From a virus (taxonomy: Duplodnaviria; Caudoviricetes), in the IMG/VR virus record IMGVR_UViG_3300038336_000066, positions 1 through 37,659 of that record: a DNA stretch of 37,659 nucleotides; one strand, 5' to 3'. Position 1 is the first letter of the stretch; the number at the start of each line of letters is the position of its first letter. The position numbers were made by a program, and so were the translations under genes. Of the stretch, positions 36,915-37,659 are shown one piece after another. A model generated the notes under the pieces. The model did no database searches. It saw nothing but the letters and a program-made list of their open reading frames with translations, and was not told the origin of the DNA.

Positions 36915-37637
36915 TTACATAATAATTTTCACGAACTCTTTAAGCTCTGGATTAATACCCTCATCAAGGTATTCCTTAATACTTTGCATTGCTTCGACTC
37001 TCCATGAAGTACCTCCAGCATTAAACAAAGCAGCTTCAGGACCATCTTGAAGTCTTAATACAAATTTACTAGTTGGTTGTGGAAGCTCCGGAAATGTTCT
37101 ATATGGAGCTAATGTTACAGGGTTCGGAACTTCCATTTCCGCTACTGTAGATATTCCCTTTTTAGCAGTAACTGTTTGTGATAAACCATCATCCATTGAT
37201 TTATGTACTTGTTCTGACTTAATACATCCAAACAACTTAAGTACTTTTTCACGGTCTTCTGTAGGTTCAAACTTACTCATTAGTTCGATAATGAAATTTT
37301 CTGATTCTAGAAATCGGTCATATACAACATTTGGTAGAATTGCCTTTGCAATAACTAACTGCTCTCTTTTTCGTTCATCATTGAGTTGCGAATATATACT
37401 TACTGTATTTGGATCATCAATGTGAATTGTCATTTCTCTACCTACCTCTTTTACATCAACTGCATTATTGATGTAATCTACAATGCCAGTAAGAGTTGTT
37501 AAGAGAAAGGCTTTATTAACTCTTGGTTCTTCAATCATTGATGCATTTCCTGTTATGTAGGTCTTTCCCTCAACTTCGAGTGAACCAAATTCCTCAGTAC
37601 CTTTATTAAATAAATACTCGATTGCTTCTTTTATCAT
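36915..37637 (-). CDS. Conserved phage early-region protein, function unknown
   Basis: 240-aa ORF with AAGGAGG RBS; VPNPVTLAPYRTF.E..QP.S.FVLR motif typical of Firmicutes phage early regions. Confidence 0.75.
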   Translation of the reverse strand: MIKEAIEYLFNKGTEEFGSLEVEGKTYITGNASMIEEPRVNKAFLLTTLTGIVDYINNAVDVKEVGREMTIHIDDPNTVSIYSQLNDERKREQLVIAKAILPNVVYDRFLESENFIIELMSKFEPTEDREKVLKLFGCIKSEQVHKSMDDGLSQTVTAKKGISTVAEMEVPNPVTLAPYRTFPELPQPTSKFVLRLQDGPEAALFNAGGTSWRVEAMQSIKEYLDEGINPELKEFVKIIM

Positions 37638-37659
37638 TTTAATTAGCCTCCTTATTCAT

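Larger units (their letters stand above)
178..37659 (-). mobile_element. Temperate phage (lambda-like head, P2-like contractile tail); true boundaries not visible
   Basis: Continuous co-oriented replication, late-control, packaging, head, tail and lysis genes from 37637 down to 6734. Including the cargo left of 6734 is inferred from position only. Confidence 0.9.

Noticed and set aside
799-37007. Plus-strand ORFs of the supplied track other than 178..441
   Set aside because: Almost all are antisense shadows of well-supported minus-strand genes and have no recognisable motifs.

Overview
Nearly the whole window is a temperate phage of a low-GC Firmicute (probably Clostridia), read on the minus strand. 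From right to left, the early region has a ParM/ParR-like partition pair with centromere-like repeats, a replication initiator with internal iterons, a DnaC-like loader and a cytosine methyltransferase. Next come a membrane-anchored Mrr-like moron, an ArpU/RinA-type late activator with its promoter, a catalytic-domain-only tyrosine recombinase followed by paired palindromic sites, and a small-peptide/structured-RNA island. These are followed by a lambda-like cos site and head module, a P2-like contractile tail, and the lysis genes. The left end is a cargo region whose modules are separated by a repeated ~50-bp hairpin: an SF2 helicase plus partner, an SLH/ComEC-like nuclease plus a YHYH protein, and a LexA-boxed small gene. 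No repressor, full-length integrase or att site is visible. All family calls come from motif recognition by eye; no searches were run.
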